Shown here piece by piece: positions 31,857-41,778 of a stretch of 50,042 nucleotides of DNA. The notes under the pieces were generated by a model, which saw only the letters and a list, made by a program, of their open reading frames with translations, ran no database searches and was not told the DNA's origin. How positions within the stretch are numbered: the first letter of the stretch is position 1; each line of letters begins with the position of its first letter. Source of the stretch: a virus (lineage: Duplodnaviria > Heunggongvirae > Uroviricota > Caudoviricetes); the IMG/VR virus record IMGVR_UViG_640753025_000001, positions 1 through 50,042 of that record; one strand, 5' to 3'. Both the position numbers and the translations under genes were made by a program.

Positions 31857-33242
31857 ATGGCTACGTGGCAACAGGGTATTAATTCTGGTGGGTTTCTTGC
31901 TGGCATCGGTGCGCAAAATGAGAATGCGCCAAAGGCAAGCGACATTAACGCAACGCTTGGTCTGATCCGCGAAAACAATGAACTGGCTCGCTCAGGTGCA
32001 AATAACGTTGGTCTGACCGCGTTACGTGGTCTGGCTGGAGTTGCTGATATTTACAAGCAGGAACAGCAACAGAAAGCGATTAATGCGTTCAATAAGGTTC
32101 ATGCTGATGCATGGGCTTCTGGTGATCCATCGGGACTATTTAAGTTTGCCCAGGAAAATCCAGCGTTTGTTGCACAGGCACAACAGGCGTTTTCTGGTCT
32201 TAATGATCAGCAACGCAACGATATGGGCGATTTAGCCATGAGGGCTAACGTCGCTCTTTCTCAGGGACCGGAAGCCTACAGTAAATTCATTACTGACAAC
32301 AAGGACAGGTTAAATCGCGTTGGTGCTAATGCTGACTGGATGATTCAGACAGGTATCCAGAATCCAGAGCAGCTATCACACATGCTGACTACTATGTCTC
32401 TCGGTGCGCTTGGACCAGAAAAGGCGTTTGCTGTTCAGGATAAGATGGCTGGTCGTGAAATTGACCGAGGCAGGCTGGCAGAGACAATCCGCAGCAATCA
32501 GGCTGGCGAGGCACTTCAGGCGAGAGGGCAAAACCTTTCCTATCAGTCAGCAATGACTGGACACGGACTTGCAGCAGAAAGACTGGCACTTGATAAGCAG
32601 AAATTCGGTTTTGAAGTACAACAGGCACAAAAGAAGGCCGATGAACTTATTAATGCTGCGCCAAAACTATCCGTGAACATGGAAAAGGCTATAGAAAAAT
32701 CAGCAGGTGATGCGGCAGCTAGTCGTAATGCTGCCGATTCAATGACAACGCTTGCTGACACGCTTGAGAAGGAGAAGCCAACTCCTGGTTTGTTCGGTAA
32801 CGCTGAAAATATGTTCACTAAGCTTACGGGGCAAGATAACTACCTCCGAGATATGCGGATTAGATTCAACCAACTAGCCAATGCGCAGGCAACCAAGCTT
32901 CTCCCCCCCGGCCCTGCATCAGATAAGGATATTGAGTTTGCAAGGAAAGGCATTCCAAGCGAAACGGATAATCCAATGGTCATGGCTCGATGGTTAAGGG
33001 GTATGGCAAAAATGGAAAGTAATAACGCGAAGTTCAACGAGTTTAGGTCAGAGTGGATGAGTGCAAATGGCAGCCCAGGACAATCTGATCGCAACCGAAA
33101 CATCATGGGGATGGATGTTAAGAAGGGTGAATCATTGAACTCTGCGGCAAAACGTTTTCTTTCCTCAAGTTATGGCGATAGCCAACCTCAACAGCAATTG
33201 TCCGATGACGAATTAATTAGCAAATATCTCGGAGGGCAGTAA
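31857..33242 (+). CDS. ejection protein (P22 gp20-like)
   Basis: 461-aa ORF in gp20 position. Confidence 0.75.
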   Translation: MATWQQGINSGGFLAGIGAQNENAPKASDINATLGLIRENNELARSGANNVGLTALRGLAGVADIYKQEQQQKAINAFNKVHADAWASGDPSGLFKFAQENPAFVAQAQQAFSGLNDQQRNDMGDLAMRANVALSQGPEAYSKFITDNKDRLNRVGANADWMIQTGIQNPEQLSHMLTTMSLGALGPEKAFAVQDKMAGREIDRGRLAETIRSNQAGEALQARGQNLSYQSAMTGHGLAAERLALDKQKFGFEVQQAQKKADELINAAPKLSVNMEKAIEKSAGDAAASRNAADSMTTLADTLEKEKPTPGLFGNAENMFTKLTGQDNYLRDMRIRFNQLANAQATKLLPPGPASDKDIEFARKGIPSETDNPMVMARWLRGMAKMESNNAKFNEFRSEWMSANGSPGQSDRNRNIMGMDVKKGESLNSAAKRFLSSSYGDSQPQQQLSDDELISKYLGGQ

Positions 33243-35068
33243 TGGCCTATAGTCGTGAACAGTTGATGACGGCGTTAAGGAATGCTGATGCTGCCGGCGA
33301 TACTGAGGGGGCACGTCGCATTGCTCAGATGCTGTCTTCTGGTGATCAATCCACTCAAAACCAATCGCAGCCAGAAGAACAATCTCTGGTGGGAAAAGCT
33401 ACTGACTGGCTCACTGGTGGTCAAAGTGCAGGGCAAATTGCAGAACAGGCTGGCCGTGGTCTGGTAAACATACCATTTGACGTATTGCAGGGTGGCGCAA
33501 GTCTGATTAATGCAATCAGCCAGGGTCTTGGTGGCCCCAAGGTTTTGGATGATGTTTATCGTCCAGTAGATCGACCAACAGACCCTTATGCGCAAGCTGG
33601 AGAAACAATTGGCGGGTATTTAGTTCCAGGAGTTGGAACGGCAGGAAGCATGGCTATTGGATCACTGGCAGAGGCCGCAAATCAGAAAGGCGATTTCGCA
33701 CAAAATGCAGCCAAAAATGCCGGAGTTAACCTTGCCGCTCAGGGTGTTCTTTCCGCAGCAGCAAAGGGAATAGGGCGTGGAATAACGGCTATAAAAGGTG
33801 ATATTGCGCCAGAAGTGGCGAAGAAAATTGCCACATCAGAATCGATGGGCGTGACACCAATGACATCTGATGTTATCCCGCCGAAAAATGCTTTCACTCG
33901 TGGCCTTACTCAGGATGCCGAGGGGGCTTTGCTCGGGACAGGCTCAAAGAGAGCGGAGCAATATGCAACGCGTAGTAAACTGGTAAGCAATTATTTTGAC
34001 CGTTTTGGTGAGTACAACCCTGATGATGTGGTGAAATCTCTTACCACCACGTTAAGGGGGCGGAAGGATGCCGCTGGCGCTGTTATCAATGACGTCACCA
34101 ATAAAATGGGTAATGCCGCAGTTGATACCACAAATACCATGAATGCTCTGAATACAGCGATCGCAAGACAGGAACGGCTTGGGACGTCTGCCAATCAAAG
34201 CCTGCTTACATCCTTGCGTAACCTACGTGAAGAATTAGCAAACCCTGCAACTGATTTGGATGTTACGTTTGATCTCTTGCGTCAGCACAGAACAGCATTT
34301 AGATCTAATGTTCAGGGAGATGCTATGGTCTTCCCCAACCAGGCAAAAGCAGCTACCAATATGGTAGAGAATGCAATGTCAAAAGACCTTCGTAACGCAG
34401 TTGCTAAAAACCTCGGTGCATCAGACGCAGCAAAATACCTTAAAGCAAATTCCGATTATGCAAACGTTTATAATAAGGTGCTTAATAAAAACATTGCCAA
34501 CAAGCTCAACAAGGCAAGCAGTGAAGCCAGTCCTGAACTTATAAATACCGTTGTATTAAGCAGAAAACCATCTGACGTGAAACGAATCTGGAGCGCACTG
34601 GATGATAAAGGGAAAGATGCTATGCGTGCAGCTTACGTCAGCAAAATAGCGGAAAAGGCCGGCGACTCTCCAGCCAAGTTCATCACTGAAGTTAATAAGC
34701 TGAAATCTCAGTCAGGAGGTGAAATTTACAACACTATTTTTTCTGGAAAGCACATGAAAGAACTTGATGCTCTTAATGAAGTTCTACAGCAAACAGCAAG
34801 GTCAGACACCGCAAATGTAGTAACTCAGACGGGGCAATCGCAAGCCAACAGGATAAGGACGATTGGCGCAACTGCGACTCTTGGCGTATCAATGGGGCTT
34901 GAGGCTGGTTTCGGTGCAATGATGCGCTTGTATGAGTCCAAAGCAGCAAGGAATGCGCTCTTACGTCTGGCAAACACTAAAGCTGGAACGCCAGCCTATG
35001 AAAGAGCGCTGAATAACGCCGCAAATGCCATCAGACCAATACTTGCCAATGATGCAACTGATCGCTAA
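33242..35068 (+). CDS. ejection protein (P22 gp16-like)
   Basis: 608-aa ORF in gp16 position. Confidence 0.8.
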   Translation: MAYSREQLMTALRNADAAGDTEGARRIAQMLSSGDQSTQNQSQPEEQSLVGKATDWLTGGQSAGQIAEQAGRGLVNIPFDVLQGGASLINAISQGLGGPKVLDDVYRPVDRPTDPYAQAGETIGGYLVPGVGTAGSMAIGSLAEAANQKGDFAQNAAKNAGVNLAAQGVLSAAAKGIGRGITAIKGDIAPEVAKKIATSESMGVTPMTSDVIPPKNAFTRGLTQDAEGALLGTGSKRAEQYATRSKLVSNYFDRFGEYNPDDVVKSLTTTLRGRKDAAGAVINDVTNKMGNAAVDTTNTMNALNTAIARQERLGTSANQSLLTSLRNLREELANPATDLDVTFDLLRQHRTAFRSNVQGDAMVFPNQAKAATNMVENAMSKDLRNAVAKNLGASDAAKYLKANSDYANVYNKVLNKNIANKLNKASSEASPELINTVVLSRKPSDVKRIWSALDDKGKDAMRAAYVSKIAEKAGDSPAKFITEVNKLKSQSGGEIYNTIFSGKHMKELDALNEVLQQTARSDTANVVTQTGQSQANRIRTIGATATLGVSMGLEAGFGAMMRLYESKAARNALLRLANTKAGTPAYERALNNAANAIRPILANDATDR

Positions 35069-35089
35069 GGGTTGATGTCATGGATGTTG

Positions 35090-35728
35090 TTAATTGCGAA
35101 TGGAATCGCGGAACTCTTTGCTTGATAGAAAAGGATCTGTTCTCCTTAACTCATCATAGTTTTTATTAAACTTTCTTGCTTCACCTGGGTATCTGTTGAA
35201 CAAAACATTGCAGAAAAAAGAGAGCAATAACTCACATATGAATGCTAATACCCTGAAAAATAAAGGTATAAAAAGAAGGGAAGGTTCATTGAAGTCTCTA
35301 TTCCAAACAAAATAGACAATCATCCCGACATACCAAATTGATATCCCTATACTGATGATTGTTCCAACAGAGGTAACTACGATCCCGATTAAGTCGGACA
35401 GTCTGTTTGCCAGTAACTCATTTGAGTATCTTGCAATCATATACCGCCAACATTTTGCAATATCATCCTGATCTGTAGAGTCTTCTGGAATAGCTAGGCT
35501 TCTACATATTGAAGTAGCTCTTTTTTTCTCAACTCTTTTTGAGATCCATCCATTAAAGAGATACATCAACACCTGCGTTGCTATTCCTGCACCAAGTGAT
35601 ATCAAAGACATCCCCAAAAATCTCCATCCTGGAGATAGTGACTGGTACTGCCAAACAAAAAAAATTAAAAAACCCAATGAGCCTATGACATAGGCTGATG
35701 TATCGCTATATATATCTATTTTTTTCAT
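35090..35728 (-). CDS. membrane protein in sieA position (putative superinfection exclusion)
   Basis: ATG at 35728 (MKKIDIYSD) after AAGGAG; about four hydrophobic segments; AT-rich gene between gp16 and the immI-like region. Confidence 0.55.
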   Translation of the reverse strand: MKKIDIYSDTSAYVIGSLGFLIFFVWQYQSLSPGWRFLGMSLISLGAGIATQVLMYLFNGWISKRVEKKRATSICRSLAIPEDSTDQDDIAKCWRYMIARYSNELLANRLSDLIGIVVTSVGTIISIGISIWYVGMIVYFVWNRDFNEPSLLFIPLFFRVLAFICELLLSFFCNVLFNRYPGEARKFNKNYDELRRTDPFLSSKEFRDSIRN

Positions 35729-35792
35729 TGAGTAGCCACTCCTTAGTTTTGAGCAGAACACCGGATGATAATGTGTCGCTTCCTAAAGGATA

Positions 35793-36434
35793 TCAAAGCA
35801 ACGGGATTTCAAGGTAAACTGCGGTTGCCAAAATACTAACATCTTCATTTCTAACAAGAATATTAGGATACATTGGGTTTAGGGATACTAAGTTTGTCTC
35901 TATTTCACCAATGTAAACCTGCTTGAAGCTCAATATTTGCTCTTTATCCAATGATGCTATTACATAATCTTTGCTTTTAGCTTTTACTAGAGGGCTGAAC
36001 GTGACAACTGATCCTCTGGGAAAGCTAATACCTGAACTTGTAGTCATAGCTTCACCTTCAATAGTCAATGCAAATGCAGAGTCACCAACATTGTATATTG
36101 CCGGATGAAATCTAGACGATGAATGTTCACCTGTGTTTAGGTAATGCATAACTTCATCTAGTTTGAGGATTGGTATTTGCTTTACCAGAACGTCAGGCAT
36201 GACGTTTTTTGTTCCAGGCCCCTGACCTTCACCCAGAGCTAACCACTCAGCCGTAGTGCCTAATGCGTTGGCTAATGCCTGCAATACACGAAGCCGTGGT
36301 TTAGCCTCACCACCCTCGTATGCAGCTATTTGACGTTGAACAACACCAGCTAATTTTGACAACTGCGCCTGCGTCATACCCCTGGACTGTCTTGCCAGAG
36401 ATACTCTTGATGGGAATTGATCGTCAAAATTCAT
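35793..36434 (-). CDS. second CI-like repressor (HTH + S24-like domain, Ser to Ala at nucleophile)
   Basis: 213 aa; HTH GMTQAQLSKLAGV; C-terminal domain aligns to CI/C2 but has GEAM (Ala129, codon 36048..36050) where CI/C2 have GNSM/GDSM. Confidence 0.8.
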   Translation of the reverse strand: MNFDDQFPSRVSLARQSRGMTQAQLSKLAGVVQRQIAAYEGGEAKPRLRVLQALANALGTTAEWLALGEGQGPGTKNVMPDVLVKQIPILKLDEVMHYLNTGEHSSSRFHPAIYNVGDSAFALTIEGEAMTTSSGISFPRGSVVTFSPLVKAKSKDYVIASLDKEQILSFKQVYIGEIETNLVSLNPMYPNILVRNEDVSILATAVYLEIPLL

Positions 36435-36455
36435 TAGTTCACCATAAAAAATTCA

Positions 36456-36484
36456 TTGACTCATACTGAGTGTGAGTGAATAAT
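36456..36484 (+). promoter_or_regulatory. Pant-like promoter for arc-ant operon
   Basis: TTGACT - 17 bp - AATAAT; spacer holds tandem TGAGTGTGAGTG. Confidence 0.5.
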
Positions 36485-36532
36485 CAAACTACAAAAAGTG
36501 AGATTATGAGTTTTTCAAAAACAGGAGTGCAT

Positions 36533-36706
36533 AATGACTGAAAAGATATCTTCCATCAAGCCGCGTCAGGTTCGTTTTACAGAAAAGGTTGATTCACATA
36601 TCCGCGAATCAGCAAAAAGATGCCATAGGTCAATTCAGGCAGAGATAGCTTATCGAATGGAGTTATTGATGAAACTTGAGGCAAAGGGCGATGTTGTCAT
36701 CCAATA
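36533..36706 (+). CDS. arc: Arc-like ribbon-helix-helix repressor
   Basis: 57 aa; RQVRFTEKVDSHIRESAKRCHRSIQAEIAYRM fits Arc/Mnt pattern; below ORF-track cutoff. Confidence 0.65.
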
Positions 36707-36780
36707 AAAATAGTGAAGCCCGGCAGTGCGCGAACACAAACCGGGCCTCTATGTCAGTAACCGTATGCAAGGAAACTAAC

Positions 36781-37407
36781 ATGAATATTGTAGCAAAATC
36801 AGATTACAACTTCCACGGAGTTGAGTTGGTGCCCACCCGTGATATGCATGGTGTTTGGTTTACATCATCTAATATTGCATCTGCACTTAAATATGCAAAT
36901 AGCCGTGCAGTAACAATGATTTATAACAAGTATAGCGATGAGTTTAGCGCCGGAATGACTCAGGTACTCGAAGTGAGTACCTCAGGAAATTATCGCAAAA
37001 AAGTGCGAGTTTTCTCACTACGCGGTGCCCACCTAATCGCGATGTTTGCTCGCACTCCGGTAGCCAAAGAGTTCCGCCGCTGGGTGCTGGATATTTTGGA
37101 TCGGCAGGCAGAATGCTCACCGATTGCAAAACAGTTTACTGACGAAGAACTGGTTAATCTCTGCTACTTACAATTGTGGATGGAGAAGAGTCAACAAATG
37201 TGCAAACACATCTACCCAGGAATGAAGCAAATTGGTTCTGAGCTTTCAGGAAGAATTTACGATATTGCATATGAGACTCGCTATATGTCAGAAGAAACCA
37301 AGAAATCACTTCTTCGTGAAATGAAGAATCTTGATACCAACAATTTTGTCGTAAAGAACGCTCAGCCAATGCTGACAAAACTGCGCGGCGAGGAATGGAT
37401 TCATTGA
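36781..37407 (+). CDS. ant: antirepressor (Bro-N domain)
   Basis: ATG at 36781 after AAGGAA; N-terminal domain (HGVELVPTRDMHGVWFTS...) resembles phage antirepressor N-domain. Confidence 0.7.
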   Translation: MNIVAKSDYNFHGVELVPTRDMHGVWFTSSNIASALKYANSRAVTMIYNKYSDEFSAGMTQVLEVSTSGNYRKKVRVFSLRGAHLIAMFARTPVAKEFRRWVLDILDRQAECSPIAKQFTDEELVNLCYLQLWMEKSQQMCKHIYPGMKQIGSELSGRIYDIAYETRYMSEETKKSLLREMKNLDTNNFVVKNAQPMLTKLRGEEWIH

Positions 37408-38143
37408 TTGGTGCGCCGGACGGCGCAAAAAGAAAACCGCCAGTGTGCTGCTGGCGGCCTATGTCACACCCTTACTACCACATAAGGAATGCCTAATGAC
37501 TTTGAAGAATGTAGCAAACATCGGATCCGTTGTCACGGATAAAACCATTGACAGCCAAAGTCTTCTGATGATGGTTAATGAAGCTCGCAAGTTATGTGGA
37601 GAGCCATCAGTACGTAACAACAAATTCATCGAGAAAATTGAGGATGAATTGGAGGGCGAGACCTACACAAAAAGTGTAGGTCGGAAAAACGGGGCTGACA
37701 TTGATGTTATCTCCATGACTATCAAGCAGGCGCTTCGTGTTGCTGCTCGCGAATCTAAAGCAGTTCGCCGAACACTTGTAGACAAACTTGAAAGTATGCA
37801 AGAAGCGCACATTAAAAGCGGTAAATCGTCGAGTGGACTTGTTGAGTATCGCCAGGCTCGAACATTGAAAATGACGGTTGAAGCTGTTACCAATCTGTTA
37901 GATTTGATGCCAAATCTTGCGCCGGAAGCAAAGCAGACTGCGGCAGCAAGCATAATCAACCCGATAGTTGGTTTTAATGCAATACCTCTTCCAGCAATAG
38001 AAGAGCATTACTACTCAGCAGGGGAGGTTGCAGAGCAGCTTGGAGTAACGGCAAACAAGATTGGTCGCATTGCTAACGCAAACAACTGAATCGCCACGGG
38101 TTTAACAGACACCTCAGAGTCATTTAAGATGGCTTAAAGAGAG

Positions 38144-38428
38144 GTGCCCATGAGCGGTAAGCGTTATCCCGAAGAGTTTAAAACTGAAGCAGTCAAACAG
38201 GTTGTTGATCGCGGTTATTCTGTTGCCAGCGTTGCAACACGTCTCGATATCACCACCCACAGCCTTTATGCCTGGATAAAGAAGTACGGTCCGGATTCTT
38301 CCACTAATAAAGAACAGTCAGATGCTCAGGCCGAGATCCGCCGTCTCCAGAAAGAGCTGAAACGGGTTACCGACGAACGGGACATATTAAAAAAAGCCGC
38401 GGCGTACTTCGCAAAGCTGTCCGACTGA
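38144..38428 (+). CDS. IS3-family transposase OrfA
   Basis: Identical protein to 6326..6610. Confidence 0.9.
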   Translation: MPMSGKRYPEEFKTEAVKQVVDRGYSVASVATRLDITTHSLYAWIKKYGPDSSTNKEQSDAQAEIRRLQKELKRVTDERDILKKAAAYFAKLSD

Positions 38429-38484
38429 GGTACGCCTTTATCCGTGACAACTCCTGTTGCTGGCCTGTTCGCCTGCTCTGTCGG

Positions 38485-39297
38485 GTGCTGGATGTTCATC
38501 CCAGTGGTTTTTACGCCTGGCTTCAGCAGCCGCATTCACAACGCCATCAGGCAGACCTGAGACTGACAGGACAGATTAAACAGTTCTGGCTGGAATCGGG
38601 ATGCGTCTATGGTTATCGCAAAATCCATCTGGATTTGCGTGACAGCGGGCAACAGTGCGGAGTAAACAGAGTCTGGAGACTGATGAAACGTGTCGGAATA
38701 AAGGCTCAGGTCGGATACCGAAGCCCGCGGGCACGTAAAGGCGAGGCCAGTATCGTGTCACCCAACAGGCTCCAGCGACAGTTCAATCCGGATGCTCCTG
38801 ATGAGCGTTGGGTAACGGACATAACCTACATCAGGACCCACGAAGGCTGGCTGTATCTTGCCGTTGTTGTTGATCTGTTCTCACGCAAAATTATCGGCTG
38901 GTCCATGCAATCCCGGATGACAAAGGACATTGTCCTGAACGCACTGCTGATGGCTGTATGGCGGCGTAATCCCGAAAAACAGGTGCTGGTTCATTCGGAT
39001 CAGGGCAGTCAGTACACAAGCCATGAGTGGCAGTCGTTCCTGAAATCACACGGCCTGGAGGGTAGCATGAGCCGTCGCGGTAACTGCCATGATAATGCGG
39101 TTGCAGAAAGTTTTTTCCAGTTGTTGAAACGTGAACGGATAAAGAAAAAGATCTACGGAACGCGGGAAGAAGCCCGCAGTGATATTTTTGATTACATCGA
39201 AATGTTTTATAACAGTAAGCGTCGGCATGGTTCTAGCGAACAGATGTCACCGACAGAATATGAAAACCAGTATTATCAACGGCTCGGAAGTGTCTAG
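38485..39297 (+). CDS. IS3-family transposase OrfB
   Basis: Identical protein to 6667..7479. Confidence 0.9.
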   Translation: MLDVHPSGFYAWLQQPHSQRHQADLRLTGQIKQFWLESGCVYGYRKIHLDLRDSGQQCGVNRVWRLMKRVGIKAQVGYRSPRARKGEASIVSPNRLQRQFNPDAPDERWVTDITYIRTHEGWLYLAVVVDLFSRKIIGWSMQSRMTKDIVLNALLMAVWRRNPEKQVLVHSDQGSQYTSHEWQSFLKSHGLEGSMSRRGNCHDNAVAESFFQLLKRERIKKKIYGTREEARSDIFDYIEMFYNSKRRHGSSEQMSPTEYENQYYQRLGSV

Positions 39298-39471
39298 ATT
39301 ATCCGTGGCGATTCAAACCTCAAAACTGAGCAGTACGGGAAGTTCTTCCTGGATAAATCGGCGCATTCCAGCAAACAGGTAGAGGCGTTCCGTTACAATT
39401 CTGAAGGCGTTAAAGCACTACAACACCTGCTACATGGCTCAAATGTGGCGTAACATTTTATAATGAAAACT

Positions 39472-39497
39472 AAACCCGCTTAATCGCGGGTTTTTTC
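39472..39497 (+). terminator. rho-independent terminator ending the arc-ant operon
   Basis: Hairpin AAACCCGC-TTAATC-GCGGGTTT followed by TTTTC. Confidence 0.65.
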
Positions 39498-39767
39498 TTT
39501 CCTTAGAATTTCAGCCGCAACTTCTTTTACTCGTTCCGAGATTAATGAGGCCAGCCTCTCTTCTTCATCACGATACCCGCTTACAGGTGATGGTTTGGAG
39601 AGTGATTCTTCCATCGTAGCCACAATTTCAGAATTGATAGACCTGTTATTCATTTTTGCACGCTGCTTAATCTTAGCGTGCAACTCGTGTGTAAGCCTCA
39701 AGTGGAACTGCGCCTCATCGTATTTGCTGTACATCATCAATGCCTCACCAAATGGGTGGAATGGCAT
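39480..39767 (-). CDS. mnt: Mnt-like ribbon-helix-helix repressor
   Basis: 95-aa ORF; LRLTHELHAKIKQRAKMNNRSINSEIVATMEESLSKPSPVSGYRDEEERLA matches the P22 Mnt pattern as recalled; true start may be an internal Met. Confidence 0.65.
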   Translation of the reverse strand: MPFHPFGEALMMYSKYDEAQFHLRLTHELHAKIKQRAKMNNRSINSEIVATMEESLSKPSPVSGYRDEEERLASLISERVKEVAAEILRKEKTRD

Positions 39768-39867
39768 CGTAACCTACTGGATAAATCAACAATCGTACCA
39801 TTTCGGTATGTAACTATAGCTTACCGCAGCTCTGCTGTGGGGACTAATTGCGCCAGGAGCACATCAA

Positions 39868-41778
39868 ATGACTGACACCAATTACCTGATCTCTATGCCG
39901 TCTACACCTTTTTCGGCGCCACGAGCATTTAAATCAGTGGCGAACGGGAAAATCTATATCGGAAACCCTGACACTGACCCGGTAAATCCTGCTAACCAAA
40001 TTCCGGTATATGCCGTTAATGAGAATGGATCCGAGGTTCAGGTTTCTCAGCCAATCATCATTAACGCTGGAGGCTTCCCTGTTTATAACGGGCAGATTAT
40101 GAAGTTCATCACCAAACAGAACTTCAGCATGGCGGTGTATGATGCATATGGGGCGCAGCAGTTTTACTGGATTAATGTTGCAAATATGGACCCAAACTCT
40201 GCGTATCTGGAAGCGGTTAATGATGTTCTTGCAATGCTGGGCTCAAGCGATGGCGCAAAACTGATAGGTGGAATGAGCTTTCTTACAGCGGAAATGTACT
40301 CTCATCTTGTTGAAGGGATGGACTGGAGGAAAGCAATTCAAGCTGCTATAGACCAAGCTCACCAGAACTATTTAGCCGGAAGCGGCCCAACCAATATTCT
40401 CATTGGAGGTGAATTCTCCGTTACTCTCAATCCTAATTCAACTTTGATACCTGGTGAGGTTGCTGCGGGTCGAGGTGCGCTGTGTATGCGTAGTGGTGTA
40501 ACACTGATGGGCGGCGGAGCAATCACGCTTGATGGCAATTTTACTGGCTCAGCCAGCGGCGCAATCATTACAAACTGGGAAGGCGCCGCCGATAACTGCA
40601 AGATTCAGGGGATCACGCTTAACGGCAGCCGTGGCACCGCTGCCGGAACGGGGATTACCTGCATTAATATCTTGGACTCGGATAATGTCACTATTGATAA
40701 CGTTAAGGCGATAGATAGCACTTCTGGAGGGATTTATTTACGCCGAGCTAACAATACGGTTTATGGCTGTTCTAACTCAAGAATTATGAACTGCTACGTT
40801 CACAACGTTGAATATATTGGCATTCAGTGTGAACGCCCCAACGGGATGACCATTACGGGATGTGCCGTAGCCTCCTGCGGTGATAATGGCATTGATATCT
40901 TTGGTAACGTAACTGACGAATCTGGACAGGGAGTTGCGGAGGATGTTGTTGTTAGTAATAACACTATCCGTGATGTAAGCGTAGGAGTGTTCATCGAATC
41001 ATGCGGAAACGTGGCAATATCTTCGTGCCGTATTTCAGGATTTAGTAACTCTGGTGTTTTCTTTAACCGGATAAATACAGCTGCGTATAATTGTTCTGTA
41101 ATTGGATGCACGATAACAGGGGCGGATATTACCTCCAGCCAGGGCATCCGCTGGAAGAATGCAGTTGGTTACACTCGCGTTTATAACAACACACTAAAAA
41201 ACTGTATTGACTCCTTTGTGACAACTGGAGGGATGATTTACGTTGATATTGGGGTGAATAACCATGAAAGCATTGGCAGGTGTTTTCTTTACGTTCCCAA
41301 AAAATCTAACGGATGTGTCTATACAAGAATGGTTCAGCAGGTCTACAACGGAGTTCAGACAGATGGCATACCGTACAACACGACACCTCGTGGTTGGCCA
41401 TCCGCAAACAACACTAGGTACTATCGCTGTTCATTCACCGCGCCGTACATGATGTATTCCGCTACGACTGGGGAAGATAACCTCATTCGGGCTACAGGCA
41501 ATTTGCCATTCAACAGTGGCTGGGGGCCTGCTTACTCGCTATACAATACGATTGTTTCTGGAGAAACAGTAATAGCCATGGGGAGCTCGCTACTGTCTGC
41601 CGGTGAATACATGCTAATAAACGGTTATTATTATTTAGTTTATAGCGTCACATCATCCTATGCTGTAGTAAGGAAATGGGATGTATCCAGTCAGGACTAT
41701 ATTGCCGGAGACTACACATCTTATTTAAATAGCGCATACGCATATTCCATCTTCAGAGCTGCTTGGGGAACACTATGA
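39868..41778 (+). CDS. tailspike protein (P22-type head-binding domain + divergent receptor-binding domain)
   Basis: 636 aa; N-terminal ~110 aa (FKSVANGKIYIGNPDTDPVNPANQIPVY) collinear with P22 gp9; remainder Gly/Asn/Ser/Thr-rich with repeated short strands. Confidence 0.88.
   Translation: MTDTNYLISMPSTPFSAPRAFKSVANGKIYIGNPDTDPVNPANQIPVYAVNENGSEVQVSQPIIINAGGFPVYNGQIMKFITKQNFSMAVYDAYGAQQFYWINVANMDPNSAYLEAVNDVLAMLGSSDGAKLIGGMSFLTAEMYSHLVEGMDWRKAIQAAIDQAHQNYLAGSGPTNILIGGEFSVTLNPNSTLIPGEVAAGRGALCMRSGVTLMGGGAITLDGNFTGSASGAIITNWEGAADNCKIQGITLNGSRGTAAGTGITCINILDSDNVTIDNVKAIDSTSGGIYLRRANNTVYGCSNSRIMNCYVHNVEYIGIQCERPNGMTITGCAVASCGDNGIDIFGNVTDESGQGVAEDVVVSNNTIRDVSVGVFIESCGNVAISSCRISGFSNSGVFFNRINTAAYNCSVIGCTITGADITSSQGIRWKNAVGYTRVYNNTLKNCIDSFVTTGGMIYVDIGVNNHESIGRCFLYVPKKSNGCVYTRMVQQVYNGVQTDGIPYNTTPRGWPSANNTRYYRCSFTAPYMMYSATTGEDNLIRATGNLPFNSGWGPAYSLYNTIVSGETVIAMGSSLLSAGEYMLINGYYYLVYSVTSSYAVVRKWDVSSQDYIAGDYTSYLNSAYAYSIFRAAWGTL

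Larger units (their letters stand above)
38087..39315 (+). mobile_element. IS3-family insertion sequence, copy 2 (1229 bp)
   Basis: Same termini and identical encoded OrfA/OrfB as copy 1; flanking 3-bp direct repeat AAC (38084..38086 and 39316..39318). Confidence 0.9.
37496..39453 (+). pseudogene. antirepressor-like gene (ANT/KilA-C type C-terminus) interrupted by IS3-family copy 2
   Basis: ATG at 37496 after AAGGAA; frame runs to 38086, resumes at 39319 after IS plus one AAC repeat, ends TAA 39451..39453; in situ the IS TGA (38087..38089) truncates it. Confidence 0.6.

Noticed and set aside
39768-39867. Possible palindromic operator (GGTA...CTATAG...TACC) between the Mnt-like gene and tailspike
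   Set aside because: Symmetry is imperfect and could be chance in 100 bp; kept only as a test target in the immI finding.
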